Shown piece by piece: positions 17,105 to 27,592 of a stretch of DNA of 64,000 nt (within the stretch, counting starts at the first letter, position 1; each line of letters begins with the position of its first letter). The stretch covers positions 1,856,001 through 1,920,000 of the forward strand of contig OZ250172.1 of the NCBI GenBank assembly GCA_965237905.1, written 5' to 3'. Under the pieces are notes generated by a model that saw nothing but the letters and a program-made list of their open reading frames with translations, did not search any database and was not told where the DNA came from. This DNA is from Nitrospinaceae bacterium (GTDB lineage Bacteria > Nitrospinota > Nitrospinia > Nitrospinales > Nitrospinaceae). A program made the translations under genes and the position numbers.

Positions 17105-18055
17105 ATGGCAAGAACATTGGTGACAGGCGGCGCGGGTTTCCTGGGTTCTCATTTGTGCGACACTCTGTTGAGCGCAGGCCATGAAGTCATTTGCATGGAT
17201 AACCTGATCACCGGGAGTATGGACAACATTACCCATATCCAAAGTGACCGGTTTCACTTTGTAAAACAGGATATTTCTCAACCTTTCACGGTAGTGGGAT
17301 CTCTGGATAACATCATGAACCTGGCGTCTCCCGCCAGCCCTGTGGACTACTATGCCTATCCCGTAGAAACGCTCAAGGTGGGATCGTTTGGTACTTACAA
17401 CACTTTGGAGTTGGCCCGCGAAAAAGGAGCGGTATTTTTCATGGCATCCACTTCGGAAGTGTACGGCGACCCATTGGAGCATCCGCAGAAAGAAACGTAC
17501 TGGGGCAACGTCAATCCCATCGGTCCGCGCAGTGTGTACGACGAGCCCAAACGTTTTTCCGAAGCCCTGACCATGGCTTATCGTCGCACCCACGGGGTCG
17601 ATACACGCATCGTCCGCATCTTTAATACCTACGGACCGCGCATGGCGATCAACGACGGACGCGCTATCCCCAATTTTCTCTGTCAGGCGTTGAAGGGGGA
17701 GGATCTCACTGTGTATGGCGACGGATCACAGACCCGCAGTTTTTGCTATGTGTCCGATCTCATTGAGGGCCTTGTCCGGCTTCTAAAATCCGGGCACCCT
17801 GATCCGGTCAATATAGGGAATCCTATTGAAATGAGCCTGCTTGAGATGGCGGAGAAAATTTTGCAAGTGACCGGGAGCCGGAGTAAAATCGTCTTCAAAC
17901 CATTGCCCGAGGACGACCCCAAGGTGAGACAACCGGACATCAGCCTGGCGCGAGAGCTGTTGGGATGGGAACCGAAGGTCAAGCTGGAAGAAGGGTTGCG
18001 GGACACATTGGACTATTTCCGAAAGAGTATCGACGGGCACAAAGCCGGGCCGTGA
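17105..18055 (+). CDS. UDP-glucuronate decarboxylase-family NAD-dependent epimerase/dehydratase
   Basis: [37 protein letters not shown] and [10 protein letters not shown] motifs. Confidence 0.92.
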   Translation: MARTLVTGGAGFLGSHLCDTLLSAGHEVICMDNLITGSMDNITHIQSDRFHFVKQDISQPFTVVGSLDNIMNLASPASPVDYYAYPVETLKVGSFGTYNTLELAREKGAVFFMASTSEVYGDPLEHPQKETYWGNVNPIGPRSVYDEPKRFSEALTMAYRRTHGVDTRIVRIFNTYGPRMAINDGRAIPNFLCQALKGEDLTVYGDGSQTRSFCYVSDLIEGLVRLLKSGHPDPVNIGNPIEMSLLEMAEKILQVTGSRSKIVFKPLPEDDPKVRQPDISLARELLGWEPKVKLEEGLRDTLDYFRKSIDGHKAGP

Positions 18056-18059
18056 GCTT

Positions 18060-18758
18060 ATGGGAAAAGAGGACGCTTCTTCAATCAAGCATTGGCCCGA
18101 AGATGAACGTCCTCGCGAACGGCTGGTCAAATTTGGAGGAGACGCACTTTCCGATGCTCAATTGCGGGCCATTCTGATTGGCTCGGGGACCAGCGGCGCC
18201 AACAAAAACGCCGTTGATATCTGCCGGGACCTTCTCAAGGCGTTTGATAACCTGAGTAATCTGGACCGCGCTTCGATTCATGAGCTCTGTCAGGTGAAAG
18301 GCATCGGGTTGGCGAAGGCGACTCAAATCAAGGCCGCGTTGGAGGTGGGCAAGCGAATGGCCTCCACCCGGTCCGGAAATACCTCAAAAATGACCACCAG
18401 CCGGGCACTCGTGGAATACTTTGCGCCCTTCATGAAAGGCCTCAGAAAGGAAGTCGTCAAAGTCGCCTTGTTGGATAACAAACTTCATATCATCAAGGAT
18501 TTTGTCATATCGGAAGGCAGTGTCAATTCCAGCATTGTGCATCCGCGGGAAGTGATGATTCCCGCGATCAAAGAATCGGCCACCAAAATTGTTCTGGTCC
18601 ATAACCATCCCAGTGGCAACCCGTCACCCAGTCAGGCGGATATCGAAGTCACCCACCGGGTGAGTAAGGCCGGAGAAATCATTGGAATCAAATTGTTGGA
18701 CCACATCATAATCGGCGGAACGGAGTTTTACAGTTTTGCCGACGAAGGGATGATTTAA
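18060..18758 (+). CDS. radC: RadC/JAB-domain protein
   Basis: ERPRERL, HhH KGIGLAKA, VHPREV, HNHPSG...SQAD and LLDHIII motifs. Confidence 0.93.
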   Translation: MGKEDASSIKHWPEDERPRERLVKFGGDALSDAQLRAILIGSGTSGANKNAVDICRDLLKAFDNLSNLDRASIHELCQVKGIGLAKATQIKAALEVGKRMASTRSGNTSKMTTSRALVEYFAPFMKGLRKEVVKVALLDNKLHIIKDFVISEGSVNSSIVHPREVMIPAIKESATKIVLVHNHPSGNPSPSQADIEVTHRVSKAGEIIGIKLLDHIIIGGTEFYSFADEGMI

Positions 18759-18760
18759 AT

Positions 18761-19324
18761 ATGGATCGAATCAAAAAGTTTCTTTATGAAAGCGCAGAGG
18801 TGAAAAAAGCCGTTGCGGATACGCTGGCGGGCACAATTAACGAAGCGATCTCTATGGCCCGAACCAGTTATCAAAACGGCGGCAAGATGCTGCTCATGGG
18901 CAATGGAGGGAGCGCGGCCGACGCCCAGCATATCGCCGCCGAATTCATCGGACGGTATAAAAAAGAGCGCCGGCCGGTAGCCGCCATCGCCCTGACGGTG
19001 GACTCGTCCATTCTGACCTGTGTCGGTAATGATTACGGGTATGATGCCGTATTTTCACGCCAGGTCGAAGGATTAGCCAAAAAAGAGGATATCGTCATCG
19101 CCATCAGCACCAGCGGTAACTCGGAAAACGTCATCCAGGGGGTCGACAAGGCCCGCGAAATAGGTGCTAAAACCATTGGACTTTTGGGCAATCAGGGCGG
19201 AAAATTAAAGGATAAGGTTGATCTGGCCATTGTGGTCCCATCTTCAAATACTGCCCGCATTCAGGAAGCGCATATCACCATCGGGCATATCATCTGTGAA
19301 ATACTCGATGAGGATTTTGACTAA
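18761..19324 (+). CDS. gmhA: Phosphoheptose isomerase
   Basis: GNGGSAADAQH, GNDYGY, STSGNS and RIQEAH motifs. Confidence 0.95.
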   Translation: MDRIKKFLYESAEVKKAVADTLAGTINEAISMARTSYQNGGKMLLMGNGGSAADAQHIAAEFIGRYKKERRPVAAIALTVDSSILTCVGNDYGYDAVFSRQVEGLAKKEDIVIAISTSGNSENVIQGVDKAREIGAKTIGLLGNQGGKLKDKVDLAIVVPSSNTARIQEAHITIGHIICEILDEDFD

Positions 19325-20794
19325 ATGAAAGCCAAGTTCAAACACTTCTTCGACAATAAAAAACGTCCCAAGATTCTGGTGGTAGGCGACCTGATTCTCG
19401 ATGAATATATCTGGGGATCGGTCAACCGCATCTCTCCAGAGGCACCAGTGCCGGTACTGGAATCCAAATCGGAAAACCTGTCGCTGGGCGGAGCCGCCAA
19501 CGTCGCCAACAACCTGGTGGCGTTGGGTTGCGACGTGTACATTGCCGGCGGCATCGGACGCGACGAAAAAGGCGATAAACTGCTCGAACTGATCAAGAAC
19601 CGCTCCATTCACACCGACGGCGTTTACCGGTTTGTGCATCGGCCCACTACCTCCAAGGTGCGTGTCATTGCAAACAACCAGCAGATTCTGAGGATCGATA
19701 AGGAAGACGACCGACCCATCACCGAAGAAACGGAAAACAAATTCATCAAATACCTCAACGCCATCATTCCGGAAATGGACGGTGTGATTTGCTCCGACTA
19801 CCACAAGGGTATTCTTTCAGAGAAGATCGCCAACGCCATCATGCACCGCGCCAAAAAATCCAAGAAGCAGGTGGTGGTGGATCCCAAGGGAACCGATTTC
19901 CACAAGTACAATGGCGCCACGGTCATCACCCCCAACCAGAACGAAGTGGAACGGGTGGCGCCCATCAAGATCAACAGCCGGGAGGATTTGGACCGGGCGG
20001 CGGAGTACCTGCTCACCCTGACCAAGTCGGAAGGTATTCTCGTCACGCGCGGCAAAGACGGGATGATTTTTTATCACAAAAAAGACAAGCCCTTCGAAAT
20101 CTCAACGGTGGCCAAGGAAGTGTACGATGTGACCGGAGCGGGCGATACCGTCATCAGCGTGTTCGGAATGTCCCTGTTCAGCGGTTTCAGTTACGAAGAA
20201 GCGGCGTGGCTGGCCAACATGTCGGCGGGCATCGTTGTCGGCAAAATCGGAACCGCCGTGGTCACGCTGGAAGAGATCAACGAGTTTCTGAAAGAGGAAA
20301 TGCTCCGCACCTCCAGCACCGTGCTGGAGTTGAACGAAATCAAACAAGTCGTGAGTCTGGCCAAAAGCGTCGGCAAGTCGATCGTGTTCACCAACGGCTG
20401 TTTCGATTTGATCCACGGCGGACACATCGAGTTTTTACAGCAGGCTAAAAAGCAGGGCGATATCCTGATCCTCGGGATCAACAGCGACGAATCGGTCCGC
20501 GCCATCAAGGGCGACGGACGGCCCATCAAATCCCAGGGAGAGCGGGCCAATATCCTATCCGCCTTGCAGGATGTCGATTACATCACCATCTTTAATGAAG
20601 AAACGCCCGAAAGCCTGATCCGCGAAATCCGGCCCGATGTTCTGGTGAAAGGTGACGACTACAAACTGGAAGATGTGGTCGGGCGGGAAATCGTCGAGGG
20701 TTACGGCGCGCGGGTGGCGCTCATCCCCATCGTCAAAGGCCTGTCCACCTCCAGCACTGTCGACAAAATCCTGCAGGCCAACCGCGGCAATTGA
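19325..20794 (+). CDS. hldE: Bifunctional heptose 7-phosphate kinase / heptose 1-phosphate adenylyltransferase
   Basis: RISPEAPVP and DVTGAGDT in the kinase half; FTNGCFDLIHGGH and LVKGDDY in the transferase half. Confidence 0.95.
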   Translation: MKAKFKHFFDNKKRPKILVVGDLILDEYIWGSVNRISPEAPVPVLESKSENLSLGGAANVANNLVALGCDVYIAGGIGRDEKGDKLLELIKNRSIHTDGVYRFVHRPTTSKVRVIANNQQILRIDKEDDRPITEETENKFIKYLNAIIPEMDGVICSDYHKGILSEKIANAIMHRAKKSKKQVVVDPKGTDFHKYNGATVITPNQNEVERVAPIKINSREDLDRAAEYLLTLTKSEGILVTRGKDGMIFYHKKDKPFEISTVAKEVYDVTGAGDTVISVFGMSLFSGFSYEEAAWLANMSAGIVVGKIGTAVVTLEEINEFLKEEMLRTSSTVLELNEIKQVVSLAKSVGKSIVFTNGCFDLIHGGHIEFLQQAKKQGDILILGINSDESVRAIKGDGRPIKSQGERANILSALQDVDYITIFNEETPESLIREIRPDVLVKGDDYKLEDVVGREIVEGYGARVALIPIVKGLSTSSTVDKILQANRGN

Positions 20795-20881
20795 TCCGCC
20801 TTATCCCGAAAAACTATTAGACAGGATAACAGGATAAAATCTGAAAAAGAAAGAAGGGCAAAAAAGAGAAAAGCCAAACAT

Positions 20882-20965
20882 GGATTCTTCGCTTTACTTC
20901 GTTTCGCTCAGAATGACAGAGATTTACGTATTGTCATTCTGAGGAGCGTTAGCGACGAAGAATCT
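20882..20965. repeat. REP-like inverted repeat pair between convergent genes
   Basis: GATTCTTCG...GCTCAGAATGACA pairs with TGTCATTCTGAG...CGAAGAATC; flanked by GACAGGATAACAGGAT (20820) and ATCCTGTTAT. Confidence 0.75.
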
Positions 20966-21062
20966 GTGTTTAGATTTTTCAGATTTCATCCTGTTATTCG
21001 TTCCTCCAGGATGTTGATGGTTATCACCTGTTTGGGAGGACCTGTCAAATTTTTGGTCCTAG

Positions 21063-21728
21063 TCAAATCATCTTCACCAGTTCTTTAACCGCCTTCTCGA
21101 TGCCCTGCGCCACTTCACCGATGTTTTGCCCCAGCATGTAAGCCGGAGTGCTGACGATCCGGTTGGGAGCGTCCACCACTGCTTCGGTGACCACGGCGTT
21201 CTGGTGTTGGGTCCCCATTGCTTCCATTTTGGCGCTGGTGTCCGGATCGTTGCCGATGGTCAACGTTGGGTGGGCATCCGAATCCTCATAAATTTTCGCC
21301 ATCATTGCCGGGGCGATGCAACACACTGCCTGCGGCTTCTGCTTCTGTTCGAATTCCTTGACCAGCCGTTTGACTTCCGGGTGAACCTCGCAATTTTCAC
21401 CCTTCACCGCGAAGTCGCACAGGTTCTTGGCCGCGCCGAACCCGCCGGGGAAGATCAGCGCGTCGAGATCGTCCGCCTTCACTTCAGCGATGTCTTTGAT
21501 GTTGCCACGCGCGATGCGCGCCGATTCCACCAGCACGTTGCGTGTTTCGCCTTTCACTTCCTCGCCGGTGAGGTGGTTGATGACGTGCAGTTGATCCGTG
21601 TTGGGGGCCATGCAGACCGCCTCCGCACCCGCCCGGTCGATTGCCAGCAGAGTGATGACCGATTCATGGATTTCCGCGCCGTCGTACACGCCGCATCCGG
21701 AGAGCACGACTCCGATTTTCTTTTTCAT
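21063..21728 (-). CDS. elbB: Glyoxalase ElbB / ES1 (DJ-1 family)
   Basis: LSGCGVYDGAEIHE, RNVLVESARIARG, PGGFGAAKNL and STPAYM motifs. Confidence 0.94.
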   Translation of the reverse strand: MKKKIGVVLSGCGVYDGAEIHESVITLLAIDRAGAEAVCMAPNTDQLHVINHLTGEEVKGETRNVLVESARIARGNIKDIAEVKADDLDALIFPGGFGAAKNLCDFAVKGENCEVHPEVKRLVKEFEQKQKPQAVCCIAPAMMAKIYEDSDAHPTLTIGNDPDTSAKMEAMGTQHQNAVVTEAVVDAPNRIVSTPAYMLGQNIGEVAQGIEKAVKELVKMI

Positions 21729-21985
21729 ATCCCGCCTCCGCCTGTTGCTTCAGGACTTATAAAGTTAGCGATTGAGCTATAAAACACTCTATTTTCGGAT
21801 TGATTGAGCAAATTTTAGCATAAATCCATTCAGCGGGCTATACGCGGAAGCCCTGCATGAAGGTTGGAGAGAAGTTAATCGCTTTAAAGGTCGGATTTCA
21901 TTTGGGAGAGTCCGATGTTTATATTAGAATCAGCTTCATCACTATAAATCCTGAATATTTTCATCGGTTGAAATTCTTTTAAGAA

Positions 21986-22441
21986 ATGACCATGAGCACA
22001 TCGAACCCGGTTGCAGACAGTATCAGGCATTCGATTACCAAAAGCGGGTTTCCGGGGAAGGTGGTACGCCTGCCGTTCAAGCCGGTCTACGACAGTTGCA
22101 AGAAGAACGGCACCGCGCTGGCCGACATTCTGGACCATTTAAAGGGGGAGAGCATCCTCGGGTCGATGGAAGGCGATTACATCGTGTTCCGCTCCCCGGA
22201 GAAAGCCGCGGAAGCGGTCCAGGCCAGGGAGGCCGCTCCGAAGGAGGATTCCGGTGTAGATGACTCGTCCTGGTGGAGCAAGCTGGGTGATCTGCCGGCC
22301 ATGGCCAAGGACGCGATGGCCAAAATGACTCCGGAGCAATTGGCGGAGATTAAAAATCGCGTCGCGAACATGAGTGACGAGGAAAAGAAAAATATACTTA
22401 AAATGATGTCGCAATTTAGCAATCCCTTTAAAGGCAAATAA
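21986..22441 (+). CDS. Hypothetical protein
   Basis: 151-aa ORF with natural composition filling the gap. Confidence 0.7.
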   Translation: MTMSTSNPVADSIRHSITKSGFPGKVVRLPFKPVYDSCKKNGTALADILDHLKGESILGSMEGDYIVFRSPEKAAEAVQAREAAPKEDSGVDDSSWWSKLGDLPAMAKDAMAKMTPEQLAEIKNRVANMSDEEKKNILKMMSQFSNPFKGK

Positions 22442-22487
22442 GCACGGGTGTGCCGCTGCCAGGAACCTGAATCGATAGGAAACGTGT

Positions 22488-23354
22488 ATGCTGATTTTCG
22501 CGAAAGACATTGGGGAACGGGATCATAATCACAGCCGGGAGGCCGAAAACCCGGCGTTGCGCGAGTATATGGAATACCAGCGCAAGCTGTTTCCCTATAC
22601 GGTCATCCGGGCAGGATTGGACCTGGCGTACAAGGAGCTGGACGATATCCTGAACTATATCGACAACGATCACCAAAAACCGGAAGACTCGATGCGCGAC
22701 GATTATCCGTCCGACATCCCCGAATGGTACCGCCAGCAGTTTCCCTGGTCGGGGTCGTTCATGGAAATGGAGGATATGCATTCCCTGCTGGTCCTATTGA
22801 TCAAGGCGATGGATTCCTTCCGCACGTATGAGAAGGGCAATACCTATCATTGGACCGTGTTGTACGACACCACCCGGAATATTGTGAAGGTCTATAATGA
22901 ACTGCTGAGCGCAGACCCCACGCACGCCCGGGATATTCAGTTGAGCCAGGGAGCGGAGGTGAACTTTGAAGATTTCATCAACAACTATTGGCCGCATCTG
23001 GAGTTCATGATTCTGTCCAAACCCGATTTCGCCCATACCCGGCTGATGGAGCGGGTCCAGCAGGTGGAAGATTTCGTTAAGGAGCGTATGGCCGAGGGAG
23101 AGGGGCCTCTGGCCGCCCTGGAACAAGCTGGAAAACAGTATGGCCTTGATCGGACGACCCTGTCCCTCCTGCGGCGCGATCCAATCAGCCCCGATCTGGC
23201 CGCCCTGAAAACCTTTTCGTTAAAAGAATCCCCCTATGACCCTCTATTTCAAATAGTTCCTGACAGCGAGAACTCGCCTCACACCGGGCTCTCGCTCGTA
23301 GATGCGGAATATGAAAAAAATTTCCAGCTGACCCAGAGCCAAACCCCGGCTTAA
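22488..23354 (+). CDS. Hypothetical protein
   Basis: 288-aa ORF with host-like codon usage. Confidence 0.75.
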   Translation: MLIFAKDIGERDHNHSREAENPALREYMEYQRKLFPYTVIRAGLDLAYKELDDILNYIDNDHQKPEDSMRDDYPSDIPEWYRQQFPWSGSFMEMEDMHSLLVLLIKAMDSFRTYEKGNTYHWTVLYDTTRNIVKVYNELLSADPTHARDIQLSQGAEVNFEDFINNYWPHLEFMILSKPDFAHTRLMERVQQVEDFVKERMAEGEGPLAALEQAGKQYGLDRTTLSLLRRDPISPDLAALKTFSLKESPYDPLFQIVPDSENSPHTGLSLVDAEYEKNFQLTQSQTPA

Positions 23355-23487
23355 TGATTGAATTTTCGCAAGTAAAAAGCTTCAGATTTCCAATGTTTGC
23401 GCAAGGCGTTTTAGTAATTTACAAAAGCGAGGCAGGCCTTTACTCTGAATATCAAGTTAAATAACGCATATGAGTTAAGGAAACGAG

Positions 23488-23679
23488 ATGGAAACAATTT
23501 TGCAAACTTTAAACATGTGTGATTTCTGTACGCATGAAAGAAAAAGTTGTGGTGTGGAGCCTATATTCAGCCAGAGCGTGACTCTGAATAATGGTTCCCA
23601 GCTGGACTCGCAGGAGGCGGTCGTGGCTTGCGTCAAATATGAAAGTCCCGTCGAATTATTGAAGAAAAAGTTTCACTAG
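23488..23679 (+). CDS. Small Cys-rich hypothetical protein
   Basis: TAAGGA RBS; CDFC...C...C pattern. Confidence 0.55.
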   Translation: METILQTLNMCDFCTHERKSCGVEPIFSQSVTLNNGSQLDSQEAVVACVKYESPVELLKKKFH

Positions 23680-23952
23680 CAAAAGCCTTTTGCTTTTTCT
23701 GATGGTATCTGGGGAATTATGATAATAGAGTTCAATCAATTCCGATTTGTTTTGTAACCAGGCGTAAAACAATAATTTTTATTATAATATTTACATTTAC
23801 CTTCTATATTTAGAATATTGCGGTATTAAGTGTTACAAACTTGTGACATAACGATGACTTTGTTGTGATATCGGATATTTAAACTAGTTCTGATATGAGG
23901 AGAAAGGTTATACCACGATTTAGAATTTGGGAAGAAGGAAGAGGTGTAAGAA

Positions 23953-24300
23953 ATGAAAGAGCGAAATAAAAAAGAACTGGCAGAATTTTTATGGCTGGAA
24001 ATCAACCGGGCCATCATCAACTCGAACAGCGTTCGTAATTGCCTCAAGATTTTGAAGCAGATGGACATGTTGGATTTTCTCTGCAAGCACGACTACATTC
24101 TGGACGGCAAAAAGCTGGTCGAGAAGTTATTGGATGAACCCCAAAAGCTGGATGAATCAGAGGACGCCCCGGAAGATTCCATGGCGGTGTTTTTGGAGGG
24201 AGAGACCGCTGCTGCTCCTTACACCAATAAGGAAGTGGATTTATCCCAAGGGGTACTTTCCAAGCAATTGATTCGAGCGTACGGCTTCTGCAAGAATTGA
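23953..24300 (+). CDS. Hypothetical protein
   Basis: GAGGTG RBS; 115-aa ORF followed by a terminator. Confidence 0.65.
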   Translation: MKERNKKELAEFLWLEINRAIINSNSVRNCLKILKQMDMLDFLCKHDYILDGKKLVEKLLDEPQKLDESEDAPEDSMAVFLEGETAAAPYTNKEVDLSQGVLSKQLIRAYGFCKN

Positions 24301-24405
24301 GCAGTGAGGCGTTTTACATAAAGTTTTACCGGAAGTGATTCTGCTCCCTGGCGCAAGAATACAAAGTGACTTCCCATATAAAGGCTGGCGAGTATTGCCT
24401 GTCTG

Positions 24406-24438
24406 AAGGCCCAGACTGTTTATCAGTTTGGGCCTTTT
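24406..24438 (+). terminator. Rho-independent terminator
   Basis: AAGGCCCAGACTG-tttat-CAGTTTGGGCCTT followed by a T run. Confidence 0.7.
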
Positions 24439-24504
24439 ATGTTACAATTCCAGCATTAATGATCTCTGTCCTTCCTTGATTTTCCTGACCGTTCACTTAA
24501 ATTC

Positions 24505-26571
24505 ATGACTCCCCCAAAGCCTCCAATTCCTCGTCGATTCCGTTTGCAAGGCACGGATGGTATTCGCCGGGAGGTGTGTCCAGCGGCTGACCCTTCGTTG
24601 AAGGGCCTGTCCCCGATCCAGGCTTTTTTGGACCAGGGAGTGATGACCGACGAGTTCATGGAGCGCTACGTCTATGCCCATGCGATTTCGCTGATCCACG
24701 ACCGGCAACTCAAGCGTGGCGATTCCTGTGTCGTGGGTTGGGACCCCCGCGACATCAAGGGAAAATACACCGGGGCGGCGGTCCGGGGAGTCCGTAAAGC
24801 CGGGATAAACGCCCTGGTGCTGGGGGTGGTGCCAACACCCCTGGCGCCCATATACATGCTGTATAAGCGGGCTGGAGGGGCTTTCATGGTCACCGCCTCG
24901 CACAACCCGAAAGACCAGAACGGGATCAAAATCTTCCTCGCTTACCGGGGAATGAAGCTCCTGCCGGAAAACGATATCACCTTGACCCGCACCCTCTTGT
25001 CTCTCGGCTCCATCCGCAACAAACCCCTAAGAGGCAAGCGTATCGACAAAAGGCGAGAAGCGCTCGATTTGTTTCGGCGCTTTTCACTGGACGAGGAGAA
25101 TTCCTGGAGCCGGGATGTCTCATTTCAGGACATTATCCTAGTGGTGGACCCGGCACGCGGATCGCTCACCGGCATTGCGGCGGAGGTATTCAAAAGGGCC
25201 GGATTCGGCAAGGTCATCGAACTGAATAACCGGTTGAACGGCGATGTCAACCTGCGAAGCGGCGTGGCCGACCTGGAAGGGTATAAAACCATCTCCCGCG
25301 AGATGACGGTCAAAGGTTCCGGTCTCTTTGCAAGACACACCGCCATCCTGAAATTGTTCGATCTGGGTAGGAAGCATAAAAGCGCATTGCGCTCGGGAAA
25401 ACTCCGCCTCAGCGGGGCGGTGTTCGATGCGGACGGGGACCGTTTTTACCGGCTGGACTATCATCCCAACAAGGACTGCTTGCTGGTGTTGAGTGGCGAC
25501 GAAACGGCGTATTTGCAGGCAGAGTACCTGATGAAGCGCGATCCCGCAAAATACAAAGGTACGGTTTATATCAATACCGTCGAAAGCGATCTCAATACCT
25601 CGCGAGCGGTGGAACGGCTGGGATTCAAACCACAGTTGTCTCCCGTCGGCGACAAATGGGTGCTCCTGCGCATCGCTTTGTTGATTATTGAAACGCGGTT
25701 GAAAGGCTTCAAAGGCGCCAAAGCGGCAGTACTGAAAAAACGGCTGGCGCGATTGAAAAAATCCGATGCGCTGGATGTGTCGGCTCTACAGAAACTGGAG
25801 GCACAAATCGATTGCGCGCACATCGGTGACCATGGATTCAGGGATTTTCCCTTCGCGGTGGGAAGCGAAGAGACGGGTCACAATATTACGTTGGGTTGGA
25901 TGGATGGGGGACAGGAAGAAGGCATGCCCGTATTCTGCGGCAATGGTTTGAAAAGCGCCCTCAATACGTTTGCGGCATCCCAGTTTCTGCTGGCAGACAA
26001 GCCGGTGGCAAAATATTATGCGAGGCTGGAGCATCCGTTTGCTCCGGGATTCAAGGGCACCCGTTATGTCTATTATATTCATCAGGAAAAATTTTCTAAT
26101 GGCTCCGCCGTCTGGCACCGGGTTCGCAAATGTATTTTGAAGGCTGGACGCGAACGCGGTTACCGGGGCCGGATCATCCCGTTCCAGGAGGACAAGGATA
26201 TGTTGTATATCTCTCTGGCTTCGTCAAAGGGGAATCAGGCCGGGGTATTCGTCCGCAACTCCGGGACGGAAAACAAGATCAGCGTCAACCTGCGCGGAAC
26301 AAAAGGCGACGCCGCCTCATTAAAAGCGATCGGCGAGCAGGCAGTTCGCATTCTCTTTACAACCCTTAAAAACCAGAATAGCCATCATTATAAAGTGGAA
26401 TTGGACCTGCTCAGCCGCATCGCGGCCCAGCCCCTGAAGGAGGCCCAGGTTCCTGGTTCAGCCCAGCGGGTATTGATGGAGATGGCGAAACAGAAGCTGG
26501 TACGACCGTCCGCCGGGGGCTGGCGGTTGACCCCTCTGGGAACATGGTATATTACCAGTGCGCCGGAGTAA
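24505..26571 (+). CDS. Alpha-D-phosphohexomutase family protein (GlmM/PMM-like, enlarged)
   Basis: GTDGIR, TASHNP (phosphoserine), FDADGDR (metal loop), GSEETGH and VRNSGTE motifs. Confidence 0.88.
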   Translation: MTPPKPPIPRRFRLQGTDGIRREVCPAADPSLKGLSPIQAFLDQGVMTDEFMERYVYAHAISLIHDRQLKRGDSCVVGWDPRDIKGKYTGAAVRGVRKAGINALVLGVVPTPLAPIYMLYKRAGGAFMVTASHNPKDQNGIKIFLAYRGMKLLPENDITLTRTLLSLGSIRNKPLRGKRIDKRREALDLFRRFSLDEENSWSRDVSFQDIILVVDPARGSLTGIAAEVFKRAGFGKVIELNNRLNGDVNLRSGVADLEGYKTISREMTVKGSGLFARHTAILKLFDLGRKHKSALRSGKLRLSGAVFDADGDRFYRLDYHPNKDCLLVLSGDETAYLQAEYLMKRDPAKYKGTVYINTVESDLNTSRAVERLGFKPQLSPVGDKWVLLRIALLIIETRLKGFKGAKAAVLKKRLARLKKSDALDVSALQKLEAQIDCAHIGDHGFRDFPFAVGSEETGHNITLGWMDGGQEEGMPVFCGNGLKSALNTFAASQFLLADKPVAKYYARLEHPFAPGFKGTRYVYYIHQEKFSNGSAVWHRVRKCILKAGRERGYRGRIIPFQEDKDMLYISLASSKGNQAGVFVRNSGTENKISVNLRGTKGDAASLKAIGEQAVRILFTTLKNQNSHHYKVELDLLSRIAAQPLKEAQVPGSAQRVLMEMAKQKLVRPSAGGWRLTPLGTWYITSAPE

Positions 26572-26610
26572 TGCCGTCGCATTTTAAAAACCACCCACAG
26601 TCTGAATACG

Positions 26611-27411
26611 ATGGACCTTCATAGCTTTTACGATCACCTCGACGAATTTACCTACAGGCAATGGTTTGAGGGCATCGAAACGCCCTGGCAACCGCTGGAT
26701 ACGCTGAAGCAATGCGTGAGCGATGCCGTGGCCGGTTTGTCGGATGTCCGGCAGGTGCAATCTCTCGACGGATTGACGTTTGCAAAGAACGATTCACTGC
26801 CCCGGTTAAACGAGCCGGCATGTTATGTCGAGAGGTGGGTGGAAATTGAGGAGCCCGTGTTTCTAAAACCGCTGGATATTTTTCTGGATAAAGGAACCGT
26901 GCTGGAGCCTTCGGCGATCATCAAAGGGCCGGCCCTCATCGGCAAGGGATGCGAGATTCGCCAGGGCGCGTACCTGCGCGGCAATGTCGTCGTCGGCGAT
27001 CATTGCGTCATCGGGCACAACACCGAGATCAAGAACAGTATCCTCATGAACCATAGCGAGGCCGGACATTTCAATTATATCGGCGACAGTATCATCGGCA
27101 GTTACGTCAATCTCGGCGCCGGGTCGCGCCTCGCCAATCTGGAGTTCCGGTTACTTGCGGATAAAAAAGACATGCTCTTCCCGCGCATTCTGATGGAGGT
27201 GGAAGGCAAGGAAATCCATACCGGGCGTTCCAAGTTCGGCGCGGTGTTGGGCGATTATGTGGAAGTCGGATGCAACGCCGTGTTGTCCCCGGCAGTGCTG
27301 TTGGGCAAGGAGTCCTGGGTGTATCCCAATTTCACCGTACCCAAAGGTTATTATCCCCCGCAAACCCGCTTCGCCCCGGCCGACCGCAAAATCAAACCGA
27401 GAAAGCAATAA
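26611..27411 (+). CDS. Left-handed beta-helix acyltransferase (GlmU C-terminal-like)
   Basis: IKGPALIG, IRQGAYLRG, HFNYIGDSIIG and VNLGAG motifs; no nucleotidyltransferase domain. Confidence 0.82.
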   Translation: MDLHSFYDHLDEFTYRQWFEGIETPWQPLDTLKQCVSDAVAGLSDVRQVQSLDGLTFAKNDSLPRLNEPACYVERWVEIEEPVFLKPLDIFLDKGTVLEPSAIIKGPALIGKGCEIRQGAYLRGNVVVGDHCVIGHNTEIKNSILMNHSEAGHFNYIGDSIIGSYVNLGAGSRLANLEFRLLADKKDMLFPRILMEVEGKEIHTGRSKFGAVLGDYVEVGCNAVLSPAVLLGKESWVYPNFTVPKGYYPPQTRFAPADRKIKPRKQ

Positions 27412-27457
27412 GGCATTTCCCGATCCATTACGGACACCCCGAGACCCGCAAAAAAAT

Positions 27458-27488
27458 ACCGGAGCCTTTTTTAAAAGGCTCCGGTTTC
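27458..27488. terminator. Likely bidirectional terminator between convergent genes
   Basis: ACCGGAGCCTTTT-tt-AAAAGGCTCCGGT perfect hairpin with A and T flanks. Confidence 0.7.
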
Positions 27489-27592
27489 TAAATGATCGTT
27501 CCAGATGGGACCAAGGTTGATGAGGTTCGGGAGTGTTAAGTGTATGAGAGTTCAACCTGTGGTTCGTCCAAAGAATTTTCTCTCTCGTTGTT

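Noticed and set aside
18060..18758. radC as a marker of a mobile element
   Set aside because: It is the full-length HhH+JAB form embedded in a housekeeping operon.
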